A DNA stretch of 56,596 nt, the filler included, from Dugesia japonica (lineage: Eukaryota): assembly GCA_001938525.1 (NCBI GenBank). It is 6 parts of 6 records of this genome, joined end to end, with 100 filler letters (N's around TTAATTAATTAA, not from the genome) between each part and the next. Parts side by side here need not be neighbours in the genome. Positions count along the whole stretch, not along the records: positions 39,755 to 48,165 come from MQRL01494381.1; positions 48,266 to 56,596 come from MQRL01583816.1; 4 more parts are not named here. One strand, written 5' to 3'. Below are positions 39,790-51,120 of this stretch, one piece after another; the stretch's first letter is position 1; every line of letters begins with the position of its first letter. The notes beneath the pieces are model-generated. The model was not told where the DNA came from, ran no database searches, and saw nothing but the letters and a program-made list of their open reading frames with translations. The position numbers were made by a program, and so were the translations under genes.

Positions 39790-40126
39790 CCTAATGCCCC
39801 TTATTAGGTTTTCGGTAGGGAGCGGTTGACCTCAAACATTTATTTGAGGTTCACACTCGCATACCTTTATATTTGGGTTCATTAGTTTTCCCCTTCGTAA
39901 ACTTTATTAGCTGAAATAAATAAACTGATAGGCCAAGATTTATTTTGTTACATTTACATAAACTCAAGAGCACCCTAGTTTAAATGCGCTAGTTTTCTGC
40001 GTCTTCTACGGTCATATTCGAGTAATCCGCAAACACCCCTGCGTTCCGGTCGTGAGGGTTCTTATACCTCTTAAAGGTTACTCTGCCTGAACGCTTATCT
40101 AAGAGGGTCTCCCACTTGTATTCCAT
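39790..40126 (-). pseudogene. small basic ORF relic, possibly spliced
   Basis: MEYKWETLLDKRSGRVTFKRYKNPHDR.. with stops; candidate GTAAAT..TTTCAG mini-intron leading to NKVYEGKTNEPKYKGMR. Confidence 0.3.
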
Positions 40127-40234
40127 TTTGTTTACTAAAAATAAAATATATAGCAACAATGAATCAATAATTAATCAAACAATAACTATAAACAATATCT
40201 ATTCAATTTAATGCTCCACAAGAACTAATATCAG

Positions 40235-40640
40235 TTAAACATGCTCGTCCATATCCACTGGAATGTTCAATGGAAAATTCTCAACGAAAGACCACAAATC
40301 CGTTTCGTCGGAATGCTCAATGGCGCCCTTGGAGAGAATGTAGTCTAAGAGTTCCCTTCGGTGAGTATTACATCTTTCCTTACAGATCAATTTTAAAGTT
40401 TTTCGCAAGAGATCAGGCATGTAAGATCTAGGTCCTATTTAATATAACTAATAAATTAAAGAAGAAATTGTTCGGAAAAGTAAATTAACCGGTTCGTCCT
40501 ATTGAATCTAGTTCTGTGGGTCCCTACTGGAGAAAACGTTAGAAACTAATCCTCCTGTACTTACCAGAATCTTAGTGAGGAAAGTGTGACGCTGATCTTC
40601 TTTACTCGTAACCTCATTAGTATTAGTGGTGCCATTATGA
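40235..40640 (-). CDS. small three-exon hypothetical gene (exons ~40640-40565, 40523-40490, 40434-40235)
   Basis: 41-nt GTAAGT..TAG and 55-nt GT..TAG introns keep frame: ..EDQRHTFLTKIL|GPTELDSIGRTG|PRSYMPDLLRKTLK..DEHV*; TATAAA near 40650; start codon unresolved. Confidence 0.45.
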
Positions 40641-42134
40641 CAGCAACCTTTATAGTATAAATACTAATCCTCATAATGAGTACCAGAAGTATATTCTTAA
40701 CAGAGATACTGATATCAGGTAGATTAGCAGTACAAAAAAGAATAAAACCTATTAGCTATTTCGCTAAGTCAGTTGTGATCGAAGGGGTTGATAACCGCGA
40801 CCATGAAAAGGTTACTAATATTAAATGTAATATGATAATTAGTAATATAGTTAATCAATAATGATAATAGTTTTGTCTTTAAAAATGAAAATTAAAATTA
40901 TGGCTAGGATTAACAATATGTTTTTACACAGTTGCTAATATTGACAGAGTTGATGGCGATGACGTTAACGATACCAGTCAGCTATTCACTTTTACTGCCC
41001 AAATAAATACTCAATGGTCCTGACCCTGAAAACCCTCCAATTAATTGATCATGTCCGAAGGGGTCACCATTGATATTAGTAATTAATCAAGACATTTTTA
41101 CACCAATAAATAATCATATCAAGACTATTAGAATTATTCCTTCGCCTGATAATATTTACAATAACAGTGCTCATTAGATTAGGGGTAACAAAAACGGGAT
41201 TTTATACCACCAGGGAATATCAAAATGGTTACACATCCATTAAAAAATGATATTGTTATCCTTCGTAAACAAATAACGTTTACTCATACCAGTGTCAGCA
41301 TTCGTAAAGCTAATAATTAATAATCTTCGTCGCAATAACACTAGTCACTCTAGTGATAACCACAACTATAATTCGGTTAACGACGAGAATAGAAGTGAGA
41401 ATAAGCGAATAAGAATAATAAATTAATAATTGTTTTAATACGAATCTTAATATCAGTGTTGGCATTATTTATGACAAAAAAAGATTAATAATAATAAAAT
41501 AATAATAATTATAGCCGTCATATTAATGATAACAATACTCCTTTTAATGTTATGGATAAATCCTAATGTTAGATCAAACGGAGTCTCAGCAACTTGGTTT
41601 GTTAATTTAAAAACGGCCTTGGTTGAAATTAGCAATGATAGATGAAATATAACTACTAGTATTGTCATCATAACTTTTCTGCCTATTCAACTTACGGAGN
41701 TTGACTTAGTCACAATTTCTATACACACATAATCATATGACAACAACATGATGTATTTTTCTGACTTAGTTTGCTCATCAATTTACTGGCATGATGAGAC
41801 ATAGTCATTAGTTTACTGCTTGCTAGATTAATTTATAACATGGCTATGTAGTTGAAAAAACGTGACACAATATACAGTGCATAGGTATTGGATTTGTCTA
41901 CCACGGCATAGTCTGCGATTTATTTATTCATCAATCCCGTTCTCAATGATCTTTCAGTACTATTGGAATTTATTTCTCTACAAACGTCAATTTAATGATC
42001 TCTAGCTACAATAATGAATCATTCAGGAGGATTTCTCAAAGTTAATGAATTTAATCATAAAAATTGGAATGGCTGAGCGCGGATGTTGTAAGTTGGTGTA
42101 TTAATAAAAGATTTAATCAATTTCTCTTTTTTAT

Positions 42135-44042
42135 TTAATAATGTGAGGAAATAAAATGACCTAGATCATTACTCTCGCTATCAGTATAGTATGGTATGAA
42201 TTCACGATCTTCTCTCACTTAAATCAATTTACGATCTTCTAGTTCATCACTTGTTTCGATATCGGACTAATATTCAGTTTCACTTTCGAATTCTGTCTGG
42301 CTTCCATTTTGCAGCATCGTCTGTTCTGGGTTTTCGTCATTCTCAGATGCGTCTATATCTGTCTTTTCACCTCTTGGGTTTCGTTATGTCATATCCTCAA
42401 TCATTCTTTGTTGTTCTTCACTATCGTTATGTGGTCTGAGCTCTTCTGGTAACTCCTCCTTGTCCTACTCAGTATCTGTATTATTACTCATACTTGATGA
42501 ACTATCTGCGCTTTCAGATTTTACTTCTCTATCCTCCTCCATATCTGAATCTTGACCAGAGTCTAATATCCATATCACACTATCTGGTTTCTCTTTTTCT
42601 CTAATCATAACTTCTTTCAATATTGGTTCATTATTCGCTTTGCATTGCGTAACCGTATTAACAACAGGGTATATAGAATCTTGCCATGGTTTTTGATTGG
42701 TTATTTGTCTGTACATAATTTTTTTGAATGTTATCCGTTTGGCTGTCGATTCTTGTGCTTTCTCTCTCACTGTTTTCAGCATATCTCTGATTACTCTATC
42801 TTGTCTTATGGGTTTGAATACTGCTTCCATAAGGTTGACAAATTTTAAGTTCTTTATATTTTGGGTATACTTCTTACGCCACTTGTCTTCCGCGAGATCT
42901 CGAATACCGATAACATGTCTTTGTTCAATGTGCAAACTTGTCAGTTTAGTTCCCAATTCATATCCGACTAATATCTTTGCGTAAAGTAGCTGTCTCGTTC
43001 TTAGAATAATAGGATACGCATCTTTACACTTCTTTATCTTCTCATGGGTATACCCTGTACTTGGCGTATAAAAATGCTTTATTTTTTACGTGGGCATAAA
43101 GTTTCGTCCATGATGATTTCTCCTTTATTATTCAATATAGTTAGTTTTACTACCTGCAAATTGAAGTAGGAATCCTTAACTGTTATCATACCCACATATA
43201 CTATTAATTGTTCAATATCGGCTTCTGTTAATATTCCATACTTTAAGAATGATATATGATTAATTAGATTTATATAATTGACTTCGAAATGTCACTTTAC
43301 AGCAGCATATGTAGGAAAAAGTATAGGAATACGATCGTGATAAATTAATTCTACACAAAGAACGGCTGGAATATACTGTATTGCAATTAAATTTTATTTA
43401 CTCCTGGATCTATTTTTCCTCTAATATTAATGTATTGTTCTCAAGCATAGTCATATCTCGTTTCTGGTATGAGAATCTGATAGGGGTTTTTGTAACATGC
43501 AATCTGATTTCTTTAAGTACTCTTTTTCCATTTATTAATGCTTCTTGTGGATATCGATCTATTTCTATGTAGCCAATTAATTGTTGTAGTGAGTATCTCT
43601 GAGCTTTCTGGAATCTTATCAAAATAATATCTTTATCAAAAGTGTTGTTTTTAATACATTAGGGATTGTATTTAAGCCATTAAAAATTTCTATTCTAGGT
43701 TCCCTATCTTTATCCTTAAACACAAAACTTTGTATATGGTTATAAAAATGCGTGATACTTTTTTTTAACTATGGATGAGGATGAAGGAATGTTTGTTGAT
43801 TGTGCTGATTTGTTATTTTTGTTATTCTGTCTTGTTATGTTATTCACTGCTTGCTTGCACTGCTGTGTTGACTGTTGACTGTTTATAATTTGTTGTGACT
43901 GCATTTTGCTAGTTTATTGTTGACTGCTTGTAATTTGTTGTTGTGACTGCATTTTGTGATATGTAGATGATTGGTGATCTTTAACTGGTTTGTTATATAG
44001 TGTTAATTGTTGATTGATCTGGATTATTTTAGATATATTTTG
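42135..44042 (-). pseudogene. long accessory ORF relic (~630 codons): Gln/Ser-rich N-terminus, globular middle, acidic C-terminus
   Basis: Reads through scattered stops and frameshifts; includes listed ORFs 43410-43622 and 42465-42956; in-frame D/E-rich tail continues 110 codons to TAA at 42135; candidate TTTCAG acceptor at 44043. Confidence 0.55.
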
Positions 44043-44206
44043 CTGAAACGTTTCTTTAAAATAATAGAATAATTAACTATTGATTTTAAGGACTGGCTAG
44101 CCCTAAATACTATCACATGTATTAGTAACTTATTATATAAATAAATATATATATATAAATAATAATATAAACCCTTAATATTTTTTGAAAGTTTGACATA
44201 GGGTGT

Positions 44207-44740
44207 TCAGACCAATGTCCATTGGACATAGTTTGGAATTTGTGGGGCATTGCGACGCCAATACCGCTGCCTCTTCCACCTATATCGCTTATGCATTTGG
44301 ATTAATGTAACTATGAACGCAAGGAGGAAGAGTAATGCAATTATTCCTAATATTAAAAAGTGGTGATATAATATTTTTGTGACGAATGGTTTTACTGTTG
44401 TTGTAATCCATAATTGTAGGATTTTCTGTCGTAATTGTTAGTAATCTAATTTTGTGTTATTATTCAACTTCTCTTTGAATCTTTTTAAATTTTCATATAT
44501 ATTCCTACTTATCATTGTTGTTATTTTGATATTCCTATCCGATAGATACTTTATTGTTGTGCTATGCTTTTGTACTGCTGTATTTGTTGTTATTACAGAT
44601 AGACTTTTTTGATTAGCTAAAGTAATAGTCTTGTTTTTTGTTACTGGTGTTACGCGATTACTGAGTAGTGTACTTTAATGAATCATTATTCTAGTTTGTG
44701 GTTTGAATACACTCAAAGTATTTTTTTTAATTTGAGTAGT
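44207..44740 (-). pseudogene. Thr-rich membrane-anchored protein relic downstream of integrase
   Basis: ..VTPVTKNKTIT..ITTNT..STTIK.., then FLILGIIALLFLLAFIVTLI (TM) and HKRYRWKRQRYWRR (basic tail), stop at 44207; two internal stops. Confidence 0.6.
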
Positions 44741-47560
44741 TACTTCCGCCTATTTTGTAAAATAGTCTTTGAATACTAATATGTGCTTGTTACCCTTTAT
44801 GGTTGTTGGTAATTTGGATAGGAAATCGATTGCACATGTTTCCATTGGTAAGCTGGGTATTGGCATTGGTTGCAATGAAACTTTGGTTTTTGTTCCCGTG
44901 TTTTCCTTGTTACACAAATTTTACATGCCTGACACCATTTCTTTACATCCTCTTTAATATTATCCCAATAATATTTTTGTAGTAATCTTGATGTGGTTTT
45001 TCTACTTGATAAATACGCTCCATCATGATATTGTAGCAGTAACAATTTTTTTAAGGAATCTAGTACAACCATCAGATTTTTCCCTAAGTTATTGTACATA
45101 AGCAAATTCTTATACATTTTATACCTAGTATTCTTTTCTTGAATTATCATCTTTTTAATGTCTTGTATTTTTATATCTTTACTTTGTTCTTCCAGAAACG
45201 TTTTCGCATTTGTTCCAGTCATAACGATTGACATAATTTCTAATATATTTATTTCTGGAATTCTTGATAATGCATCAGCATTTTTATTTGCCTTACCTGG
45301 CTTGTATATAATACGTATGTTCATATCTTGAATTTTCATTGCCCATTTCAGTATCCTACTGGATGCGTTTTTATTTTTCCATAAACCCTCTAATGGTTTA
45401 TGATCTGTTCAGATAATTATTTCTGTTCCATATAAAAAGGGTCTAAATTGTTTCAACGCAAATATAATAGCTAAACATTTTTTTTCGATTGTTAAATATC
45501 TTGTCTCTGCTCGCTTTAGCATTCTACTAGCATATGCAATGACACAATCTTTATTCTTTTCGTCTTCCTGACCAAGTACCGCTCCCATGGCATATCCGCT
45601 TGCATCTGTCATTACTATGAATTGCTTTGTAAAGTCAGGATATCTTAATATTGGAGCTGTTAATAATGGTTGTTTTAATGTGTTGAAAGCTTCCTGCTGC
45701 TTTGGACCCCATTTTTGTCTGAGGTTTCTTTGCTTTTTCATCTAATTGCTCTACAATCATGACGTTTTTACTTTCGCCTTTAGTCTTCATACCCTTTGTT
45801 AATTCTACCAATGGTGCTGATATTTTTGCGAAATCTTGTATGAATCTCCGATAATATCAGACTAAACCATTAAATCCTTGTAATTGTTGTACGCCTTTTG
45901 GCACTGGAAAATCTTGGACCACTTTCACCTTCTCTGGATTTGGCTCTAATCCCCTAGATGACACAATATATCCGAGAAATAATACACTTTCATCTGCCCA
46001 TTTACATTTTGTGGGTTTTAACTTAATATTCGCTTTTCTGATTCTGGACAGTACATTTTCTATGTTAATTAAACCTTGTTCAAATGTTTCAGATGCTATG
46101 AGTATATCATCCATATATACAANNNNNNNNNNNNNNNNNNNNNNNNNNNNNNNNNNNNNNNNNNNNNNNNNNNNNNNNNNNNNNNNNNNNNNNNNNNNNN
46201 NNNNNNNNNNNNNNNNNNNNNNNNNNNNNNNNNNNNNNNNNNNNNNNNNNNNNNNNNNTTCTTGTACTGGGATTACATTATAACCTTTATTAGCATCCAA
46301 ACATGCAAAATATTTTGCATTCATTAACTTGTTGAACTGTTCGTGTATTTTTGGAAATGGGTGTGTATCCTTTTTGCAACCTCATTGAGTTTTCTGTAAT
46401 CAATACACATTCGAATTTCACCATCTTTTTTTTTGACTGGTACTATTGGCGATGCCCATTGGGAAAAACTATCCCGTATGATTCCATTTGCTTTTTGTTC
46501 CGCTACCTGTCTTTTTATCTCTGGTCTTAATGCATATGGTGCAACATATGGTCGCTGTTTTATCGGCCTTGCATCACCTGTATCAATTATATGTTTTATA
46601 ATATTGGTTCCTCCGATATCAAATTCATGTTTAGCGAATGCATCTTCATATTTATCTAATAATTTCTGTAGTTGTTGGCTTTGACTCATTGTAAGATCTT
46701 TATTCGTTATCTTTGTTTTCTCGTAATACTTTGTTTGTTTCTGTTTTATTAGCTCTAGTTCATTTGACTTTCCAGTTTGGTTCTGTTGATCCAACATAAT
46801 TTCAAATAGATGCTGACTACTTAACTGACATGTTCTGTTTTTTACTTCTTTAGACCTTTTCTTAGATGAAGATTGTTTGTTTAAACTTGTTTTCGTCATT
46901 TGCTCCTCAATTATAATCTCGCATATTTCATATTCATTACCATTATCAAATAATCTCCCCAATTTTGTTCCTTTATGCAAAGTTACATAGTAATTATTAT
47001 AATTTGCTATTCTCATTGGTATTATATCTTTATTTGGCTTAACACATCCTGGAATTATTGATAAATTTTGTTTTGCTGTTAATTTATTATTTGGTTCGAA
47101 AATAAATGAATTGCTGCTCTGAACTTCAGTATTTATAGGTATTATATTCTCACTGCAACGTTCTATTATTATTAAGTCTGTTGCCAATACGTCATTGTAT
47201 TTTGCTTGTATTAGTATCGGAGTTACCATTTTTAATGTGCTGCTATGTAAATCGATATCATAACCTTTAAGTCGTGTAAGAAAATCCATGCCCAAAATAC
47301 AATTTTGTGTTCCGTTTTCCATTACTCTAAATGGATAGGTNNNNNNNNNNNNNNNNNNNNNNNNNNNNNNNNNNNNNNNNNNNNNNNNNNNNNNNNNNNN
47401 NNNNNNNNNNNNNNNNNNNNNNNNNNNNNNNNNNNNNNNNNNNNNNNNNNNNNNNNNNNNNNNNNNNNNNNNNNNNNNNNNNNNNNNNNNNNNNNNNNNN
47501 NNNNNNNNNNNNNNNNNNNTACTAATTCCATTTATTATGATACCTGTTGTTGGTCTATTA
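44741..47560 (-). pseudogene. pol: Ty3/Gypsy pol: protease, RT, RNase H, integrase (core truncated)
   Basis: IIING..(gap)..ILGMDFL; WASPIVPVKKKDGEIRMCIDYRKLN; YMDD; TDASGYAMGAVL; TDHKPL; NADALSR; YHD..C..C Zn finger; AIDF..DYFTK*AEV then deletion; several frameshifts. Confidence 0.95.
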
Positions 47561-47777
47561 TTGTCTGAATCTACGACTGATATTGAGTAATTTCTTTGAT
47601 ATCTATATTGTTTTGAATCATCTATTTTTATATGTTTTAACTCGATGTTATTTTGTTCATATGGTTTATATTCTGTATCTGATGGTTTATCATTATTTAA
47701 TTTATTTAATTCCTGCTCATCATCTATGTTTACTGTATATATGCCTCGATGTTTTTCTAAGTTTTTTATTTTTTCAC

Positions 47778-48164
47778 TATGGTTTTGTACAATGATGTGT
47801 TTTGCAATAAATGGACAGAAACATGCACCTAGTTTCCATGTGCAATCGAAAACTGCATGTAGTTGTCTAAAAGAAAGTATTTGATGACCCGCTAACTTTA
47901 AAAATGTTAAGACATACCCCCCAAATAAAATAAATGAAAATATATTGCCAAACCATTGCATTCCCCCCAAAAATCTATCTACAAAATTGCCCTTTTAAAA
48001 TGATCAGCGTGCAATAGTGATTCAAAATTCACATCGTCTTCATTACTCCATCTCACTACTTTATCAACCATTACTGATATTATTTTTTCACTTTGTATTG
48101 GAAAAAGCATATGTTTTCTTACTTTCTCAATATCGTTAATTGTATAAATACCACGATTTTCCAT
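47778..48164 (-). CDS. C-terminus of a chuvirus-like (class III, gB-type) envelope glycoprotein, in frame with pol
   Basis: GIYTINDIEKVRKHMLFP..FESLL..WFGNIFSFILFGGYVLTFLKL..LHAVFDCTWKLGACF parallels the recalled chuviral G tail GIY...DL..LR.HIMFP..FGS..G...I.R..K....LH.VYG.S..L.GA.W; one 1-nt frameshift in a T run near 47983. Confidence 0.72.
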
Positions 48165-48165
48165 A

Positions 48166-48265
48166 NNNNNNNNNNNNNNNNNNNNNNNNNNNNNNNNNNN
48201 NNNNNNNNNTTAATTAATTAANNNNNNNNNNNNNNNNNNNNNNNNNNNNNNNNNNNNNNNNNNNN
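48166..48265. other. artificial contig-join linker
   Basis: N44-TTAATTAATTAA-N44. Confidence 0.95.
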
Positions 48266-49449
48266 GGGTTTATCATGAAAATTTAGGATTTATAGTGAAA
48301 TCCTGGTTTCAATTTGAAAAATATATGTTTTTATAATTAAATATAAGAGCCTTAAACCAGATACAATTAATAAAGCGATTGTTGTAAGTAGTCCCATTAC
48401 ATCATAATTTATCATTATTTAGAACAACATATTGACAAAAAAGTAATACCTATTCAATTGTTTCTTATTCAAATCAGGTTTCACTTCATTCTTATCAAGT
48501 TTCTTTGCTTTAAGTTAAAGAAATGAATAACAGTGAGATGGACCAAGTAAGAAAGAATAAGTGTGAGAGGCCGAGAATAAGAAGGTAAGAAATAGCAAGA
48601 TAGTATTATCTAATTTTCTTGAAGTCATGAAATTTAATCTGGAATTTAAATGAACTTTTTTTGATTCGATGAAAACTTACACAATCTTTTTTATCATCAC
48701 TGAAAAATGACAGGAAATTTCAAAAAATGGTTTTAATTAGCTAAAACATTTCTAAAGCTGGTTAAAATTTGCACAATTCTTTTAATCATCGTTGAAAAAT
48801 TACACAAACTTTTATATTTTCAAAATTCCTATGTAAAAGAATGGGAAAATATTTCAAATATTTACTAGAACATTTTTGAAATCATTGAAAAATGACAGGA
48901 ACTTTCGGCAATCTCTTTAATCACCGTTGAAAATTTACAGGAACTTTTATTCACTGTTGAAAGTTTCCATAATCTTTTCTGTTATATGGATTATAATACT
49001 GTCAAGATTCTTGCCTTAATAATTCATTCATATAATTACTTAGCAAATCATCTTGATTTTAAATGTTAATATTCTCGGGGAGATTATCTAAACTTACATG
49101 ATGCTCGCTATCAACAAGTATTAACCTATAAAATAGTCACTATCATTAAGTCCTAACATACACAATATTCGTTACCAACAAGTATTATCATATAAAATAC
49201 TCGCTATCATCAAGTATTAACATACAGGTTTAATCTGTTCATTGCTTATTTCATATAGTCAACTCTATAATTCACACTGAATACATACTTTAGTACAATT
49301 AGCCAGTTAATTATCCACATAATTTAATCTTAATATAGAAAATTCTTTTGAAAATAGATTTCTAATGTGTTAATTCACCTATTAATCATCAACTTGGTGA
49401 TCTTTAACCGTGTTATTCGTACTTACCGTAAAACTTTCCCATTACATAG

Positions 49450-49830
49450 TATCGAGGTATTTTTAATATTTTCGAAAAGAGTTACCAAAATCCGGGAGGA
49501 CGGCTGTACATATTAGTTTGGAAGCATTTTTCCTGAGAAGATATTTTATGTTTGCACAGTCACTTTTTCTTTCTGAGTAAAATAATACCAAATGTGAAAT
49601 TATGCGAGTTATGTACGCATAGAAAATTGAGTACAAAATCTCAAAATTTTAGGTTTTTTCACAACACAACCCCATTTATTTCATCAAGTATTAACTTTGA
49701 CGATTTTAGGTTAACATATTTAGAATCAGCGAAAAGTTCTCTAACTAATAGATACATTTTAAACTTATTTGAGAAGAATAATGTTTTCGAAAAATTTTTA
49801 TTTGAAAAAAATGAAAGCCGTAAAAGTTTT
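49450..49830 (+). repeat. dispersed non-coding repeat, copy 1 (copy 2 at ~52690-52749 plus 54313-54610)
   Basis: Shared blocks such as GGAGGA..GCTGTACATATT..GGAAGCATTTTTCC and GTATTAACTTTG..TTTAGGTTAACATATTTAGAATCAGC. Confidence 0.8.
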
Positions 49831-50039
49831 TAGCAGCTTGGTAAAAAAACTTTAAAATCTGAGATATAGAACATATTTTATTTTCACAAATTTGGGAATC
49901 CCCGGATTCTCAAAAAAAATTCATCTAAAAAATTTAAAAATTTTTATATTATTTAAAAAACATGAACGGTTTGCCTGTATTTCTTTAATTTAAACAAATT
50001 CAACTCTTCATATGATTTTCCTTAAAATTTAACACAAAC

Positions 50040-51120
50040 TAATCAACCCGACAAAATTATAATTCATATTCACCTAAACTGACCAATTTGCGTAAATAAT
50101 TGCCCAAACCGTCCAAAACNNNNNNNNNNNNNNNNNNNNNNNNNNNNNNNNNNNNNNNNNNNNNNNNNNTTTAGCAGCTTGGTAAAAAAACTTTAAAATC
50201 TGAGATATAGAACATATTTTATTTTCACAAATTTGGGAATCCCGGATTCTCAAAAAAAATTCATCTAAAAAATTTAAAATTTTTTATATTATTTAAAAAA
50301 CATGAACGGTTTGCCTGTATTTCTTTAATTTAAACAAATTCAACTTTTCATATGATTTTCCTTAAAATTTAACACAAACTAATCCACCCGACAAAATTAT
50401 AATTCATATTCACCTAAACTGACCAATTTGCGTAAATAATTGCCCAAACCGTCCAAAACTAACCAAAACAGACTAATCTGAGAAAAATGCAACCAATATT
50501 ACTTAAACCGAGTAAATAATTGACCAAATTATTCAAAACCAACCCAAATTAACCATTCCTAATGAAATATTCGACCGAATTCATCTAAAAATGATCCTTG
50601 TGAGCAAATAATTAACCAAGTCTGCCAATATAGAGTAAATAATTCACCAAATTGTCCAAAACTGACCCATATTAACCATTTCTGAAGAAATAATTTACCG
50701 AATTCACCTAAAAATTACCCAAGTTGACCAACCTTGACGAAAATTTGATCGAATTCACTTAAAACCAACTAAATTTGCCCAGATTCGATTTCATCGAGGT
50801 TTTAACTAATTTCACCTAAACCACCCAGAAATTACCAATCCCGAGGAAATATTGGACCAAATTCATACGAACCAATCAAAAATCGACCTTCTTTGACCTC
50901 ACCGAGTAAATTCCTAACCAAATCGTTCAAAAATCACCTAAAACCGACAAGGTTGGCTTAAACTGACCAATCCCGAGGAAAGAATTGACCGATTCGTCCA
51001 AAATTGAACCAAATTCACCTGAACCAACTAAAAATGGACCAAAACGTCCAAAACGTATCCAAATTGACTAATATCGAAGAAATATTCGACCAAGTTTGTC
51101 AATACAGAGTAAATAATTCG
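50040..51120. repeat. degenerate strand-biased minisatellite-like array
   Basis: Recurring ACCAAATT, AATTCACCTAAA and GAGTAAATAATT motifs; A/C-rich top strand. Confidence 0.65.

Larger units (their letters stand above)
39755..48165 (-). mobile_element. large Ty3/Gypsy retroelement, internal part: env tail-PR-RT-RH-IN followed by accessory ORFs; LTRs and gag not in contig
   Basis: Pol domain order and motifs; co-oriented ORF relics with the same strand bias across the contig; membership of the distal ~2.3 kb is inferred. Confidence 0.7.

Noticed and set aside
40900-41700. Possible plus-strand coding relic and hydrophobic ORF 41465-41671
   Set aside because: No consistent frame or motif; hydrophobicity is explained by AAT repeats
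49829-50459. ~290-bp near-perfect direct duplication
   Set aside because: The copies flank a 50-N gap, consistent with an unmerged contig overlap
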